Numbered from the stretch's first letter, positions 26,888-37,344 are shown. The stretch: DNA of 64,000 bases from Candidatus Bathyarchaeota archaeon (GCA_043826455.1 JBDRQD010000015.1:1-64000); one strand, 5' to 3'. The notes: generated by a model not told the origin, from the sequence alone. A program made the numbers and translations.

Positions 26888-28228
26888 ATGCTGAGTGATG
26901 TTGAGAGGCAGGTGCTGGGCTACGTTGAGGCTCACAGGGACGAGTTGGTGGCCTACCTGCAGAGGCTTGTATGGGTGGACACCCAGGTGCCGCCCGGCCG
27001 CAACTACGATGTGGTCTGCGAGATGATGGCGGACAGATTCAGCGAGCTGGGCTGCGATACCAGCATTCACGAGGCCACCGAGAAGTACATGAGGCTCTCG
27101 GGCGCAGGCTTCCTGGGCCTGGAGGGGCCTAGGAGCAACGTTGTGGCCATCTACAGGGGTAGGGGCGGGGGCCCCACGCTGCACATCAGCGCCCACACCG
27201 ACTGCGCCGCCATCCAGGAGGAGGGCTGGACAGTGGACCCCCTGGGCGGTGAGGTCACAGCTGACACGCCTTACACCAAGAGTGTCTACGACAGGGGCGG
27301 CGGCTACATATGGGGCCGCGGAGTCGCCGACGACAAGGGGGAGATAGCCGCCATGACCATGGCTCTGCAGGCTATCCACTTGAACGACGTCAAGCTGGGG
27401 GGCGACCTCATCCTCACGGGCAACTGCGACGAGGAGATCGGAGGCGTGGCCGGCCTCGGCTACCTCATCAAGGAGGGTATTGTGAAGGCGGACATGGGCG
27501 TACAACTGGACGGCGGCATGACGGGCATAGGCCTCGCAGCCCAGGGCCGGACCCGGTTCCTGCTGCGCACTAGGGGCGTAAGCTACCACGGCCAGGTGCC
27601 CATCCTGGGCGTCAACGCCATAGAGAAGATGAGCAAGCTCAACGTGGCCCTCAACGATTACTGGAGGAATGTGCTTCTCAGGCGCAGGGTGCCGGCCCCG
27701 GGCATCGACCTTGGGGACGCCCTAAGTGAGCGTGGCATAACTGACCTCACGGCCATGCTCAACATAGGCACCATCAAGGGCGGCGTCCAAGGCGCCACCG
27801 TCCCCGACACGTGCGAGGAGGAGGTCCTAAGGGGCATGGTGCCCGGTGAGACCTTCCAACAAGTCCACGACGAGTTCAAGGCCGTCCTGGACGGGGTGAA
27901 GGCCACGGACCCGGACCTGGTGTACGAGCTGGAGGTGGTCAACAGCCGGGAGGGCTACGTGGTGCAGGCAGACGATCCTTATGCTTTGAGCTGCCGGGCC
28001 ACCATCAGGGAGGCTGTGGGCAGGGAGCTGCCCTTCACGGGCACCCTGGCCAGCACGGACATGAACTACCAGGTGGTGGACGGTGGTATGCCCTGCGTCA
28101 ACTTCGGGGTCGGAGGCCCCTACAGCAGAGGCCACAAGCAGGACGAGAACGCCAGCATCGACGAGGTCGTGGAGTGCTGCAAGGCGGTGGCCCTCATATT
28201 CATGAGGAAGCTGGGTGTGGCCCGGTAG
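26888..28228 (+). CDS. M20 metallopeptidase (ArgE/DapE family)
   Basis: SAHTD, GRGVADDKG, DEEIGG, H...GVNAI, STD, HKQDE. Confidence 0.9.
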   Translation: MLSDVERQVLGYVEAHRDELVAYLQRLVWVDTQVPPGRNYDVVCEMMADRFSELGCDTSIHEATEKYMRLSGAGFLGLEGPRSNVVAIYRGRGGGPTLHISAHTDCAAIQEEGWTVDPLGGEVTADTPYTKSVYDRGGGYIWGRGVADDKGEIAAMTMALQAIHLNDVKLGGDLILTGNCDEEIGGVAGLGYLIKEGIVKADMGVQLDGGMTGIGLAAQGRTRFLLRTRGVSYHGQVPILGVNAIEKMSKLNVALNDYWRNVLLRRRVPAPGIDLGDALSERGITDLTAMLNIGTIKGGVQGATVPDTCEEEVLRGMVPGETFQQVHDEFKAVLDGVKATDPDLVYELEVVNSREGYVVQADDPYALSCRATIREAVGRELPFTGTLASTDMNYQVVDGGMPCVNFGVGGPYSRGHKQDENASIDEVVECCKAVALIFMRKLGVAR

Positions 28229-28300
28229 CCCGTGTTAAATATTCCTCCCCCTAATATCTAGCCGTTGAGCCCGGCACAGCCGGGATGTGAGGTGACAAGT

Positions 28301-29791
28301 ATGGTTGTTTTGGATGAGCCCATCAAGGGCGTTGTTGAGGTCAAGAACTATATCGACGGCGAGTGGGTGGAGTCGTCGTCTGATGAGCACCGGATGGCCG
28401 TTAACCCGGCCACCATGAAGACCCTAGCCAAGGTGCCCATGGGGTCAGCGGAGGACGTGAAGGTCGCGGTGGACGCAGCAAGGGACGCGTTCCCCATGTG
28501 GAGGAGGACCACTCCCCTGACCCGCTCTCGGTACTTCTTCAGGCTTAAGGAGCTCCTGGAGCAGCACTTCGAGGCCGTGAGCAGGGTCTGCACCATGGAG
28601 CACGGCAAGACCATAGACGAGTCGAGGGGCGAGGTGCGGCGCGGCATCGAGAACGTGGAGGTGGCCGCGGGTATCCCCAGCCTCATGATGGGGTACAACC
28701 TGGAGGACATAAGCACGGGCATCGATGAGATTCTAATAAAGCAGCCCCTGGGCGTCTTCGCCTGCATCGCCCCCTTCAACTTCCCCTTCATGGTGCCCCT
28801 CTGGTTCATGCCCACGGCCGTGGCCACCGGTAACACATATGTGGTGAAGCCCAGCCCGTGGACGCCTCTCAGCATGGTGAAGTTCATGGAGCTGGTGGAG
28901 GAGGCCGGGTTCCCCCCCGGGGTCATCAATATGGTGCACGGCGACGTGGAGCCCGTCCAGGCAATCCTGGAGCACCCCGACGTCAAGGGCGTCAGCTTCG
29001 TAGGCTCGACGAAGATCGGCCGCGACGTCATCTACAAGGAGGCCGCGTCCAGAGGCAAGCGGGTGCAGGCCCAGTGCGGAGCCAAGAACTTCCTAGTGGT
29101 GATGCCAGACGCCGACGTGGACTCCACGGTGCCGGGGCTCCTCTCCAGCTTCTTCGGCAACACGGGGCAGAGGTGCCTGGCGGGAGCCAACCTTGTGATG
29201 GTGGGCGACGACAAGAAGTTCATCGACGGCGTGCTGAATAAGATACTGAAGGCCACGCAGGGCATCAGGATCGGTTACGGCCTGGAGGAGGGCGTCCAGA
29301 TGGGGCCCCTGCAGGCGGTGCCCAGGAAGCAGCGGGTCCTGGGCTTCATCGAGAAGGGCGTCGAGGAAGGGGCCAAGCTGAAGCTGGACGGCAGGAAGTT
29401 TGACTGCGGAGGGTACCCGCGGGACTGCTTCCTGGGGCCCAGCATCTTCCACGACGTACAACCCGACATGACCATCGCCAAGGAGGAGATATTCGGGCCC
29501 GTCATGAGCGTCCTCCACGCAAAAGACCTGGGTGAGGCCATCGAGATGGTGAACATGAGCAGCTACGGCAACGCGGCCAGCATCTTCACAGGCAGCGGAA
29601 AGACGGCCAGGAGATTCCAGTACGAGGTGGAGTGCGGCAACATAGGCGTCAACATCGGCACGGCGGCCCCCATGGCCTTCTTCCCCTTCAGCGGCATGAA
29701 GGACAGCTTCTTCGGGGACCTCCACGGCCAGGGCAGGGACGCCGTGGACTTCTTCACCGAGAGCAAGGTTGTCATCCAGCGGTGGCCCTAG
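28301..29791 (+). CDS. mmsA: CoA-acylating (methyl)malonate-semialdehyde dehydrogenase
   Basis: PFNFPFM, SFVGST, KRVQAQCGAKN, GQRCLA, EEIFGPV, FSGMKDSFFGDLH; ATG 28301 after SD GAGGTGA. Confidence 0.9.
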   Translation: MVVLDEPIKGVVEVKNYIDGEWVESSSDEHRMAVNPATMKTLAKVPMGSAEDVKVAVDAARDAFPMWRRTTPLTRSRYFFRLKELLEQHFEAVSRVCTMEHGKTIDESRGEVRRGIENVEVAAGIPSLMMGYNLEDISTGIDEILIKQPLGVFACIAPFNFPFMVPLWFMPTAVATGNTYVVKPSPWTPLSMVKFMELVEEAGFPPGVINMVHGDVEPVQAILEHPDVKGVSFVGSTKIGRDVIYKEAASRGKRVQAQCGAKNFLVVMPDADVDSTVPGLLSSFFGNTGQRCLAGANLVMVGDDKKFIDGVLNKILKATQGIRIGYGLEEGVQMGPLQAVPRKQRVLGFIEKGVEEGAKLKLDGRKFDCGGYPRDCFLGPSIFHDVQPDMTIAKEEIFGPVMSVLHAKDLGEAIEMVNMSSYGNAASIFTGSGKTARRFQYEVECGNIGVNIGTAAPMAFFPFSGMKDSFFGDLHGQGRDAVDFFTESKVVIQRWP

Positions 29792-30214
29792 GTGATCAGG
29801 ACCACAAGCCAGCTCATATCACTGCACGCGAAGCTTGAGGAGGAGGCAGCTGAGAAGCTCCGCGCCCTCGCCCAGCGCCACCCGGGGGCAGCCGAGGCCC
29901 TCAACAGGCTGGCCGACGAGAACATACAGCACAGGGACACAGTCACCAGGGTCTACCGGGAGGGCGTGACGGACGCATTCGAGGTGGGATACCTGTCCCA
30001 GCCACTGAACGAGGGCGATTATACCGTCAAGGAGCTGGATGGTCCACTGAAAGAGGCCGTAAGAACCGCTATTCTCAACGAGGACGCCGTCATAAGGTTC
30101 TGCTTGGACGCCTCCAGGGACGCCAACCAGCTGATACCCAGCCTACCCCAGACGTTCCAGAGGCTGGCTAAGAGAAAAGAAAAGAGGAAGGCTCTACTAG
30201 AGTCCCTCGTCTAG
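29792..30214 (+). CDS. Ferritin/rubrerythrin-like four-helix-bundle protein
   Basis: LEE...LADENIQH...NED helical pattern; abuts mmsA. Confidence 0.55.
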   Translation: MIRTTSQLISLHAKLEEEAAEKLRALAQRHPGAAEALNRLADENIQHRDTVTRVYREGVTDAFEVGYLSQPLNEGDYTVKELDGPLKEAVRTAILNEDAVIRFCLDASRDANQLIPSLPQTFQRLAKRKEKRKALLESLV

Positions 30215-31539
30215 TGGGTTTCCTTGTCCGCCACCTTCAGGGCCTCACCCAGCGCCCTGGCTCCTTCATCAATCTCCTTCTCCGTCGATATCAGGGGTGG
30301 CGCGATGATGAGGGTGTTTATGAAGTTGCTGATGTAAACTCCCCTCTTCATGGCCTCGGCGCTGACCCTCTGTATCATGTTGGGGTCCGCCTTCACGTGC
30401 CTCGCTACAAAGGGCTCCTTGGTATCCCTGTTCTTGACCAGCTCGACGCCCCAGAAGAGGCCCTTGCCTCTGACTTCGCCAACCGACCTGTGCTCCTCCG
30501 CCAGCTCGTTCAGCCTCCTCCCCATCACCTTGCCCATCTTGGCCGCGTTCTGAACGATCTTCTTGTCCTCGTACTCCTTGATTGTGGCGAGAGAGACCGC
30601 GCAGCACATCGGGTGATTGGCGTACGTCTGGCCGTGGTTGAACTGGTTCTCCGGCTGGTCGAAGAACTCCGCTATCTTCCTGCTGGTCATGGTGGCGCCC
30701 ACGGGCAGGTAGGCCCCGGAGATGCCCTTGGCCATGGACATGATGTCTGGGGAGACGCCCCAGTGCTCGACGCAGAACATCTTACCGGTGCGGCCGAAAC
30801 CCGTCATGACCTCATCGTCAATGAGCAGGGCATCGTTCTCGTCGCATATCTCCCTGAGCCTGGGCATGTACTCGTCCGGGGGCACCAGTATCCCGTTGGA
30901 CCCAACTATAGGCTCTACGACTACCCCCGCCACAGTGTGGGGACCCTCCAGCTTAATGATCTCGTCGATGTACTCGGCGCAGGTTAGGCCGCAGCCCGGG
31001 TACGTCTTACCGAAGGGGCACCTGTAGCAGTAGCAGTCCGGGGCCCTCACCACGCCGGGCATCCCAACGGCCTGCTGGCTCCTGGGGTCGCCAGTGAGGG
31101 CTATCGCACCCGAGGAGGCGCCGTGGTAGGACCTATATCTTGAAATGAGTTTGGACTTTTTAGTGTACATGCGGGCTATCTTGATGGCGGCCTCGTTCGC
31201 CTCGGCTCCACCGATTGTCAGGTAGCTCTTGCACAGGTCGCCCGGAGCTATCTCTGCCAGCTTCTTGCCGAGGAGAGCCGCCGGCATCGTCGCGAAGCTT
31301 GGTGAAGCGAAGCAAAGCTTCTCGGCCTGCTTCATCATGGCTTCTATTACAGCCCTGTTGCCGTGGCCCAGGTTGCTGCACATAAGCTGGGAGCTGAAGT
31401 CCAGTATCCTGTTCTCGTCGGCGTCGGTTACGTAGCAACCGTCACCGCTGACGATGACCCTGGGGCTCCACTTGTTCTGGTAGGTCCAGGTCCCGTAGAC
31501 GAACTTCTTCTCCATCTCAGCGTAGTCTATTTTGCTCAT
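30211..31539 (-). CDS. Class III PLP aminotransferase (beta-alanine/taurine/omega-amino acid type)
   Basis: LDFSSQL, GGAEANE, SYHG, EPIVG, DEVMTGFGRTG, MAKG; likely start MSKIDY at 31539. Confidence 0.9.
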   Translation of the reverse strand: MSKIDYAEMEKKFVYGTWTYQNKWSPRVIVSGDGCYVTDADENRILDFSSQLMCSNLGHGNRAVIEAMMKQAEKLCFASPSFATMPAALLGKKLAEIAPGDLCKSYLTIGGAEANEAAIKIARMYTKKSKLISRYRSYHGASSGAIALTGDPRSQQAVGMPGVVRAPDCYCYRCPFGKTYPGCGLTCAEYIDEIIKLEGPHTVAGVVVEPIVGSNGILVPPDEYMPRLREICDENDALLIDDEVMTGFGRTGKMFCVEHWGVSPDIMSMAKGISGAYLPVGATMTSRKIAEFFDQPENQFNHGQTYANHPMCCAVSLATIKEYEDKKIVQNAAKMGKVMGRRLNELAEEHRSVGEVRGKGLFWGVELVKNRDTKEPFVARHVKADPNMIQRVSAEAMKRGVYISNFINTLIIAPPLISTEKEIDEGARALGEALKVADKETH

Positions 31540-31595
31540 GGCTGTGACTAGTCGGGTGAGCATATAATGTTTAGGCTGCGCCCAGGCACAGGGGT

Positions 31596-32033
31596 CTATA
31601 CTGGCTTTATCCATTCCCTCAGATGCTTTACGATGGTCTCGCCGGTGGCTGCTTCCATCTGTCTCGCGTCGGCGGTTACGAGGGGGGCGGCCATTTTCTT
31701 ACTCAGCCAGATGTAAGCGGCGTCGTAGATGCTAATGTTTCTTCGGTTGCTGAGAGCCAGTGCTCCGAGGAAGTCGTCAAGTTCTATATTATCAATGTCA
31801 AGTTTAAGCCCTAGAAATGCCTGATACGCTTCTCCAGACTCCTCTTCACTGATCTCTTTCCTGGCAGTGGCGGTCCTCAATGCGTTCCCAACTTCGTAGC
31901 TGATCAGTGTAGGAGCCAGGAGATTGTACTCACTCTCAATGAAGCCTTCAATGATGCTTTTTGCCTCATCGTAGAGGTCCTCACTAAGGACGAACCTCGT
32001 GGCCACCGAGGCGTCGATGACGTACCTGTTCAA
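31596..32033 (-). CDS. vapC: VapC PIN-domain toxin
   Basis: YVIDAS, YEVGNAL, IYDAAY, LVTAD. Confidence 0.9.
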   Translation of the reverse strand: MNRYVIDASVATRFVLSEDLYDEAKSIIEGFIESEYNLLAPTLISYEVGNALRTATARKEISEEESGEAYQAFLGLKLDIDNIELDDFLGALALSNRRNISIYDAAYIWLSKKMAAPLVTADARQMEAATGETIVKHLREWIKPV

Positions 32034-32254
32034 CGGGCGTCCCTAGCCTCACGTATAGTCGCTTCGATGAAGCCGGGCGGGACGCGCCTCTTCTTAGCCT
32101 TCATGTCTTCTAGGAGTTTTTTTGCCGCGTTCCTCCGCTCCTCCATCTCGAGGCGTTGCCTTATAGCGTCCCGCAGGTAGGCGGACCAGTTCTCGTCCAC
32201 CTCACTCATGCGTTTCTTGAGTTCAGGCTCCACCTTGATCGTCACGGTAGTCAA
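32030..32254 (-). CDS. vapB: VapB antitoxin (RHH-like)
   Basis: TVTIKVEPELKKRM..NWS..LRDAI...IREARDAR; overlaps vapC. Confidence 0.85.
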   Translation of the reverse strand: MTTVTIKVEPELKKRMSEVDENWSAYLRDAIRQRLEMEERRNAAKKLLEDMKAKKRRVPPGFIEATIREARDAR

Positions 32255-32371
32255 ATACTATCAACAATACTTACTATAGTCATTATAATAAACATTACCC
32301 GGGTAACTACCGATGTGTAAGAAAACCCCTGGATCAACCATATAGTGTTTAGTACTCTGAGTAACTTTACC

Positions 32372-33985
32372 ATGATCGAGGTTTTAAAGTTGAAGGCTGA
32401 CTTGGCGCTCATCAACGGAAAGATAGTGACCATGGACTCGAAGGAGTCCCTCGCAAAGGCCGTTGCCGTCAAGCACGGTAGGCTCGTCAAGGTGGGTAAG
32501 AACCAGGACGTTAAGCTCCTCATGGGCGACGATACCAAGGTAATCGACCTGAAGGGGCGCACCGTGGTTCCGGGTTTCATAGACAGCCACTGCCACATGA
32601 TGTCCGTGGGGGCCAGAAGGAAGATGAACGTGGACCTGAGCGAGGAAGCCGGCGTCCACAGCATCTCGGACCTTGTCGACCGGCTGAAGCGGCGGGCTGA
32701 GGTAACTCCGAAGGGTGGCTGGGTCTTCGGGTATCAGGAGGATGACAGTAAGCTGGCTGAGAAGCGGCACCCCACCAGGTGGGAGCTGGACGGGGCCAGC
32801 ACGGATCACCCCATCATCCTGTCCACCGTAGGCGGCCACTTCAGCGTAGCCAACAGTTATGCCTTCAAGCAGGCTGGCGTCACCCGGGAAACCCCTGACC
32901 CGGTGGGGGGAAAGTTCGACAGGGACGATGAGGGTGAGGTGACAGGCGGCCTACACGAGAAGGCCATAGACATGATCCTGCCTGAGGGCACAAACGAGCC
33001 CACCAGGGAGATGGCACGGGAGGGCGCCAAGGAGATACTCACGGAGTGCGCGTCGGTGGGCCTAACATGCGTCTACGACACCGTGGAGAGGAGCCAGATG
33101 AGGGCCGCCCTGGACCTTAAGAACGGCGGCGGCCTTCCCGTCCGGGTCCGGATGGATATAATGATCGACCTGTTCCCGGAGCTCAACAAGGTAGGCATCT
33201 ACCGGGGCCTGGGGGACGACTGGCTCGCCATACGGGGCCTCAAGTTCTTCTTCGACGGAGCAATTTCGGCGAGGACCGCCGCCGTCACCGAGGAGTACCT
33301 GAACAAGCCCGGCTTCTACGGCGTCATGGCCACCACCAGGGAGATAGCGACAAAGACCATCATGGACGCATACGCTGAGGGGTACAGGATATCGGCCCAC
33401 GCCAACGGCGACGCCGCCATAGCCATGTACCTGGACATCATGGAGGAGGCCCAGCGGAAGTATCCTAGGAGCGACCCCAGGAACAGGGACATCCACTGCA
33501 CGGTCATCACCCCCGAGCTGGTTAAGCGCATCAAGGAGCTGGGCATACTGCCCACCATCTTCGGACCTTATGCTTACTACCATGGCGATAAGCTCATCCC
33601 GGCCTTCGGGGAAAAGCGGCTGGAGCGCATGTTCGCCGCCCGCAGCTTCCTGGACGCCGGAGTGAAGATCGCCGCCCACAGCGACCACCCCTGCGCCCCC
33701 TACCCTCCGCTCATGGCTATTCACGCGCTAGTGAACCGCCGGACCAAGTCGGGTAAGCCCCTGGGCATGAGCCAGAGGGTGACGGTCATGGAGGCCCTGA
33801 AGCTGTACACTGTCCACTCGGCGTACCAGCAGTTGGACGAGGACAGGCTGGGTAGTCTAGAGGAGGGTAAGCTGGCGGACATGGTGGTGCTCGGCCAGGA
33901 CATCCTCACGGTTCCCCCGGAGCGAATCAAGGACATACCCGTGGACATGACCATAATAAACGGAAAAGTGGTCTACCAGCGGTGA
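32372..33985 (+). CDS. Amidohydrolase 3 (YtcJ-like)
   Basis: PGFIDSHCH, KFFFDG, HANGD, HSDHP, GSLEEGKLAD; start either 32372 or TTG 32390. Confidence 0.9.
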   Translation: MIEVLKLKADLALINGKIVTMDSKESLAKAVAVKHGRLVKVGKNQDVKLLMGDDTKVIDLKGRTVVPGFIDSHCHMMSVGARRKMNVDLSEEAGVHSISDLVDRLKRRAEVTPKGGWVFGYQEDDSKLAEKRHPTRWELDGASTDHPIILSTVGGHFSVANSYAFKQAGVTRETPDPVGGKFDRDDEGEVTGGLHEKAIDMILPEGTNEPTREMAREGAKEILTECASVGLTCVYDTVERSQMRAALDLKNGGGLPVRVRMDIMIDLFPELNKVGIYRGLGDDWLAIRGLKFFFDGAISARTAAVTEEYLNKPGFYGVMATTREIATKTIMDAYAEGYRISAHANGDAAIAMYLDIMEEAQRKYPRSDPRNRDIHCTVITPELVKRIKELGILPTIFGPYAYYHGDKLIPAFGEKRLERMFAARSFLDAGVKIAAHSDHPCAPYPPLMAIHALVNRRTKSGKPLGMSQRVTVMEALKLYTVHSAYQQLDEDRLGSLEEGKLADMVVLGQDILTVPPERIKDIPVDMTIINGKVVYQR

Positions 33986-34021
33986 GCCGGTGATCCGTTA
34001 AACGACGGTACAACCTTTTAG

Positions 34022-34183
34022 TGCTACCAGACGCCCCGCAGGGTCAACGTGGAGAAGGTGGCCGAGAGAGCAGGGGTACCCCGGACGACGCTCCAAGAGC
34101 ACCTGAACAAGGCCGATAACAAGCTCATCTCCTCGATCATACCCAAGATACAGCTCTACTCAAGGAAATACCATAAAAATTAG
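34022..34183 (+). pseudogene. C-terminal remnant of an HTH_10 (Bat-like) regulator
   Basis: Manual translation CYQTPRRVNVEKVAERAGVPRTTLQEHLNKADNKLISS...; in-frame TAG immediately upstream, so the N-terminal domain is missing. Confidence 0.7.
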
Positions 34184-34251
34184 CTAAAAGCAATTTAAAA
34201 AACACTTCACATTCTACCCAGTAGCAGTCAAGAAAACCAATAGAAAGACTG

Positions 34252-35052
34252 ATGACCCCACTCAGGGGATATTTTCTTGCATTGGTCTCAGGTTACATTG
34301 ATTCAAAGGACGGCATCAGGATCAGCTACAGGTGCGAAGGCGATGGCCCCGCGGTGATGCTCATCCATGGGGGTGGGGACACCAAGGAGGCCTGGTGGCG
34401 GGTCAGTTACCCTGAGAGGCTTAAAGGCTACAAAGTCATCGCCCCCGATGTCAGGGGTAACGGGGACAGCGACAGGCCACCCAAGCCAGACGACTACTAC
34501 ATAGACCTCATACTGGACGACCTGCTGCGGGTGGCCGACACCTGCGACGCGGACAGGTTCACTGTCATAGGGTTCAGCTTCGGCGGCAACGTAGCTAAGT
34601 ACCTTGCCGCATCATCGGACCGGGTGGAGAAGCTGGTCATCATAGGCAACGGCTTCGGATCGGCGGTTTACGGCGGCTTCGCGGAGAACCTGCCATCCAT
34701 TTGGCGGAGGTTCAGGATACTGGCCGAGGAGCTGGACCACAGCGTCCTGGACTTCAGCTGCCTGACCCCCACCGAGAGGAGCTGGGTGGAGAACTATCAT
34801 CTTCCCTCCTGGGCCCACATATTGGCTCAGCTGAGCCACTGGCACGTGGTGAGGCCCGGGGACCTCAAGTGTCCCGCGTTGCTGATCATGGGCTCCGGTA
34901 ACGCGGACGCCGTGGCCCAGGCCGAGAAGTACAGGGAGGAGATGTTGGAGGCGGGGGTGCGGGTGGAGGTCTTCAAGGGGCTGGGCCACTACCAGGAGTT
35001 CACGGACGTGGACAGGGTGTTCCCTGTCATCCAAAGGTTCCTAAACGAGTAG
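34252..35052 (+). CDS. Alpha/beta hydrolase
   Basis: LIHGGG, PDVRGNG, GFSFG nucleophile elbow, GLGH. Confidence 0.88.
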   Translation: MTPLRGYFLALVSGYIDSKDGIRISYRCEGDGPAVMLIHGGGDTKEAWWRVSYPERLKGYKVIAPDVRGNGDSDRPPKPDDYYIDLILDDLLRVADTCDADRFTVIGFSFGGNVAKYLAASSDRVEKLVIIGNGFGSAVYGGFAENLPSIWRRFRILAEELDHSVLDFSCLTPTERSWVENYHLPSWAHILAQLSHWHVVRPGDLKCPALLIMGSGNADAVAQAEKYREEMLEAGVRVEVFKGLGHYQEFTDVDRVFPVIQRFLNE

Positions 35053-35064
35053 TCCACCAAATCC

Positions 35065-36054
35065 TTGATGGAGTTCTTCAGTAAGCGGGTGGACAAAGGG
35101 GAGAAGGTGGCCTTCAAGCAGGAGGTGGCCAGCTACCCCAACGGGGACCCCATATCGGTGACGGTGCGGGCCTGCGTGGGTGTCAGGGAGGGGCTCCGGC
35201 TGGCCCTGCTGGGGGTTCAGCACGGGGACGAGTACAGCGGCATGGAGATCATCAACCGGGTCATGGACAAGGTGAACCCCGGCAGCCTCTCAGGCGTCCT
35301 AGTAACGGTGCCAGTCTCCAACCCCCTGGCCTTCAACTCGGCCGAGCGGATAACTCCACCAGGGGTAGGGTACGAGAACCTGAACATGAACCGGGTGTGG
35401 CCCGGCAACCACGAGGGGCTCCTCATGGAGCGCATTGTGGCCCAGCTATGGGATCACGTGGTGAAGGGCAGCGACGCGGTGCTGGACCTCCACGAGGGGG
35501 GTCGCGCCTTCATGGCCAAGTACCTCCACGCCCGGGGAACAGAGGAGACAGACAGGATAGTGGGCGAACAAGTGCGTCAGCTGTACACGTGGTTCGGGCA
35601 GGGTGTGCCGGTGCTGGGCGGGGTCCGCACCGCGAGCCACATGATGGGCAGCCTAAGCGTACAGGCCGGCCTGGAGGGCATACCCTGCCTGGGGCCGGAG
35701 CTGGGGGGCGGAGGCAGGCTGTGGGATGATCTGGTCCAGGTGGGTGTGCAGGGGGTCAGGAACATCATGATAGCGTACGGCATGGTTCAGGGGGAGCCCG
35801 TGGGCCAGGGGCTGCCCCAGCACGTTGCGTCTGAGAGCATGTGGCCAAAGACGAAGCAGGGCGGGGTCATGTTCAACAACTGCGAGTTGGGGGACGTAGT
35901 TGAGGCTGGGGCTGTCCTCGGTGAGCTGCGGGACGTAGCGGGCAGGACCCTGGAGAAGGTGAAGGCGCCCTACAGGTCGGTGATCTTCGACACAAGGTAT
36001 ACGCCCAGCGTGTACCCCGGTGACTGGACCTTCCACTGCGGCAGGCTTACCTAG
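35065..36054 (+). CDS. Succinylglutamate desuccinylase/aspartoacylase (M14-like) family
   Basis: QHGDE, NMNRVWPG, LDLHEG, ELGGG, C-terminal biotinyl-like hairpin. Confidence 0.88.
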   Translation: MMEFFSKRVDKGEKVAFKQEVASYPNGDPISVTVRACVGVREGLRLALLGVQHGDEYSGMEIINRVMDKVNPGSLSGVLVTVPVSNPLAFNSAERITPPGVGYENLNMNRVWPGNHEGLLMERIVAQLWDHVVKGSDAVLDLHEGGRAFMAKYLHARGTEETDRIVGEQVRQLYTWFGQGVPVLGGVRTASHMMGSLSVQAGLEGIPCLGPELGGGGRLWDDLVQVGVQGVRNIMIAYGMVQGEPVGQGLPQHVASESMWPKTKQGGVMFNNCELGDVVEAGAVLGELRDVAGRTLEKVKAPYRSVIFDTRYTPSVYPGDWTFHCGRLT

Positions 36055-36114
36055 TTTTCGTATCGTTTATATTGGGGGCATCGGTGCACCGTACAATCAA
36101 CCGGGGTATTAGCT

Positions 36115-37344
36115 TTGGCGCCCGTAATCAAGACCATACGCGACATGATGAAGAGCCGTAACCTGATGGTTATCACCGTCACCCAGAGCCTCTTCATGTT
36201 GACGGCAAGCCTATGGTGGCCCTACTGGAGCCTCTACATCCTGGAGCTAGGCACCAGCAAGACCCTCATGGGCATGATGTTCATGGCCGAGACCGTGGCC
36301 CAGCTCCTGTTCCAGCTGCCTGGGGGCATCCTCACGGACAGGCTGGGCAGGAAGAAGATGATCATGCTGGGCAGCGTCCTCCGTGCCACTTCGCCCCTCA
36401 TTTACGTGTTGACGGGGAGCTGGCAGTTCGTCCTCCTGGGCATGTTCGTCACCCAGATGAGCAACATGATGATCCCCGCCATCGACGCCCTCATCGCTGA
36501 GAGCACCAGCGTGGAGCACCGGGCCATGGGGTACGGCACCTTCAGGATGATGACCCTCCTACCCATGATCATCACCCCCTACATCGGCGGGGTCGTCACC
36601 GACACCCTGGGCGTCTACGGAGGCGTACGCGTCGCCATAGCCTGCACCGTGGCGGTGGCCTGGATCAACGTGCTCATCAGGTGGAGATTCCTGGAGGACA
36701 AGTACACGTCTGAGCACACCTCAAGCCGCCTGGACGCCCTGAAGGAGGTGCGCTCCGTCCCCAAGCCCATATGGACGCTCATAGCCGTAGCGGCCTTCGC
36801 CAGCATCGGCCTAAGGGTCGCGTCCCAGTTCCTGGCCGTCTACGCCGTCCAGGTGGTGGGCCTCACAAGGACTCAGTGGGGCCTCATCATGACCACGGTT
36901 GGCGTCGTCTCCACGGCTCTAACTGTTCCGAGTAGCATGTGGAGTGACAGGGTGGGCAGGAAGCCCGGCATCATGATAAGCCTCGGCCTCACACCTCTCA
37001 TGTATCTGGGGTTCCCCATGTCGAGCAGCCTCATCCAGTTAGCCGCCAGCAGAATAGTGGGCGCCGTTAGCGAAGGCTTCGGCGGAGCCGTCACAGGCCT
37101 GGAGGGGGGCTCAGCCTGGCTGGCTCTAGTGGCTGACATCGTGCCCGCCAATCAACGTGGTAAGGTTATGGGGCTCATAGCGACCATCGCGGGGGCTCTC
37201 AGCTTCCCCGGCGCCTGGATCGGCGGAGTCCTGTGGGACACGGTGGGGCCGCAGGCCCCATTCTACGTGTCAGTTGTTTCAAGCACCGTGGCTTTCCTTG
37301 TGTTTGCCGTCTACGTGAAGGAGCCTAAGCAAAAAGCTGATTGA
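36115..37344 (+). CDS. MFS transporter
   Basis: GILTDRLGRKK, SDRVGRKP, about 12 TM. Confidence 0.9.
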   Translation: MAPVIKTIRDMMKSRNLMVITVTQSLFMLTASLWWPYWSLYILELGTSKTLMGMMFMAETVAQLLFQLPGGILTDRLGRKKMIMLGSVLRATSPLIYVLTGSWQFVLLGMFVTQMSNMMIPAIDALIAESTSVEHRAMGYGTFRMMTLLPMIITPYIGGVVTDTLGVYGGVRVAIACTVAVAWINVLIRWRFLEDKYTSEHTSSRLDALKEVRSVPKPIWTLIAVAAFASIGLRVASQFLAVYAVQVVGLTRTQWGLIMTTVGVVSTALTVPSSMWSDRVGRKPGIMISLGLTPLMYLGFPMSSSLIQLAASRIVGAVSEGFGGAVTGLEGGSAWLALVADIVPANQRGKVMGLIATIAGALSFPGAWIGGVLWDTVGPQAPFYVSVVSSTVAFLVFAVYVKEPKQKAD

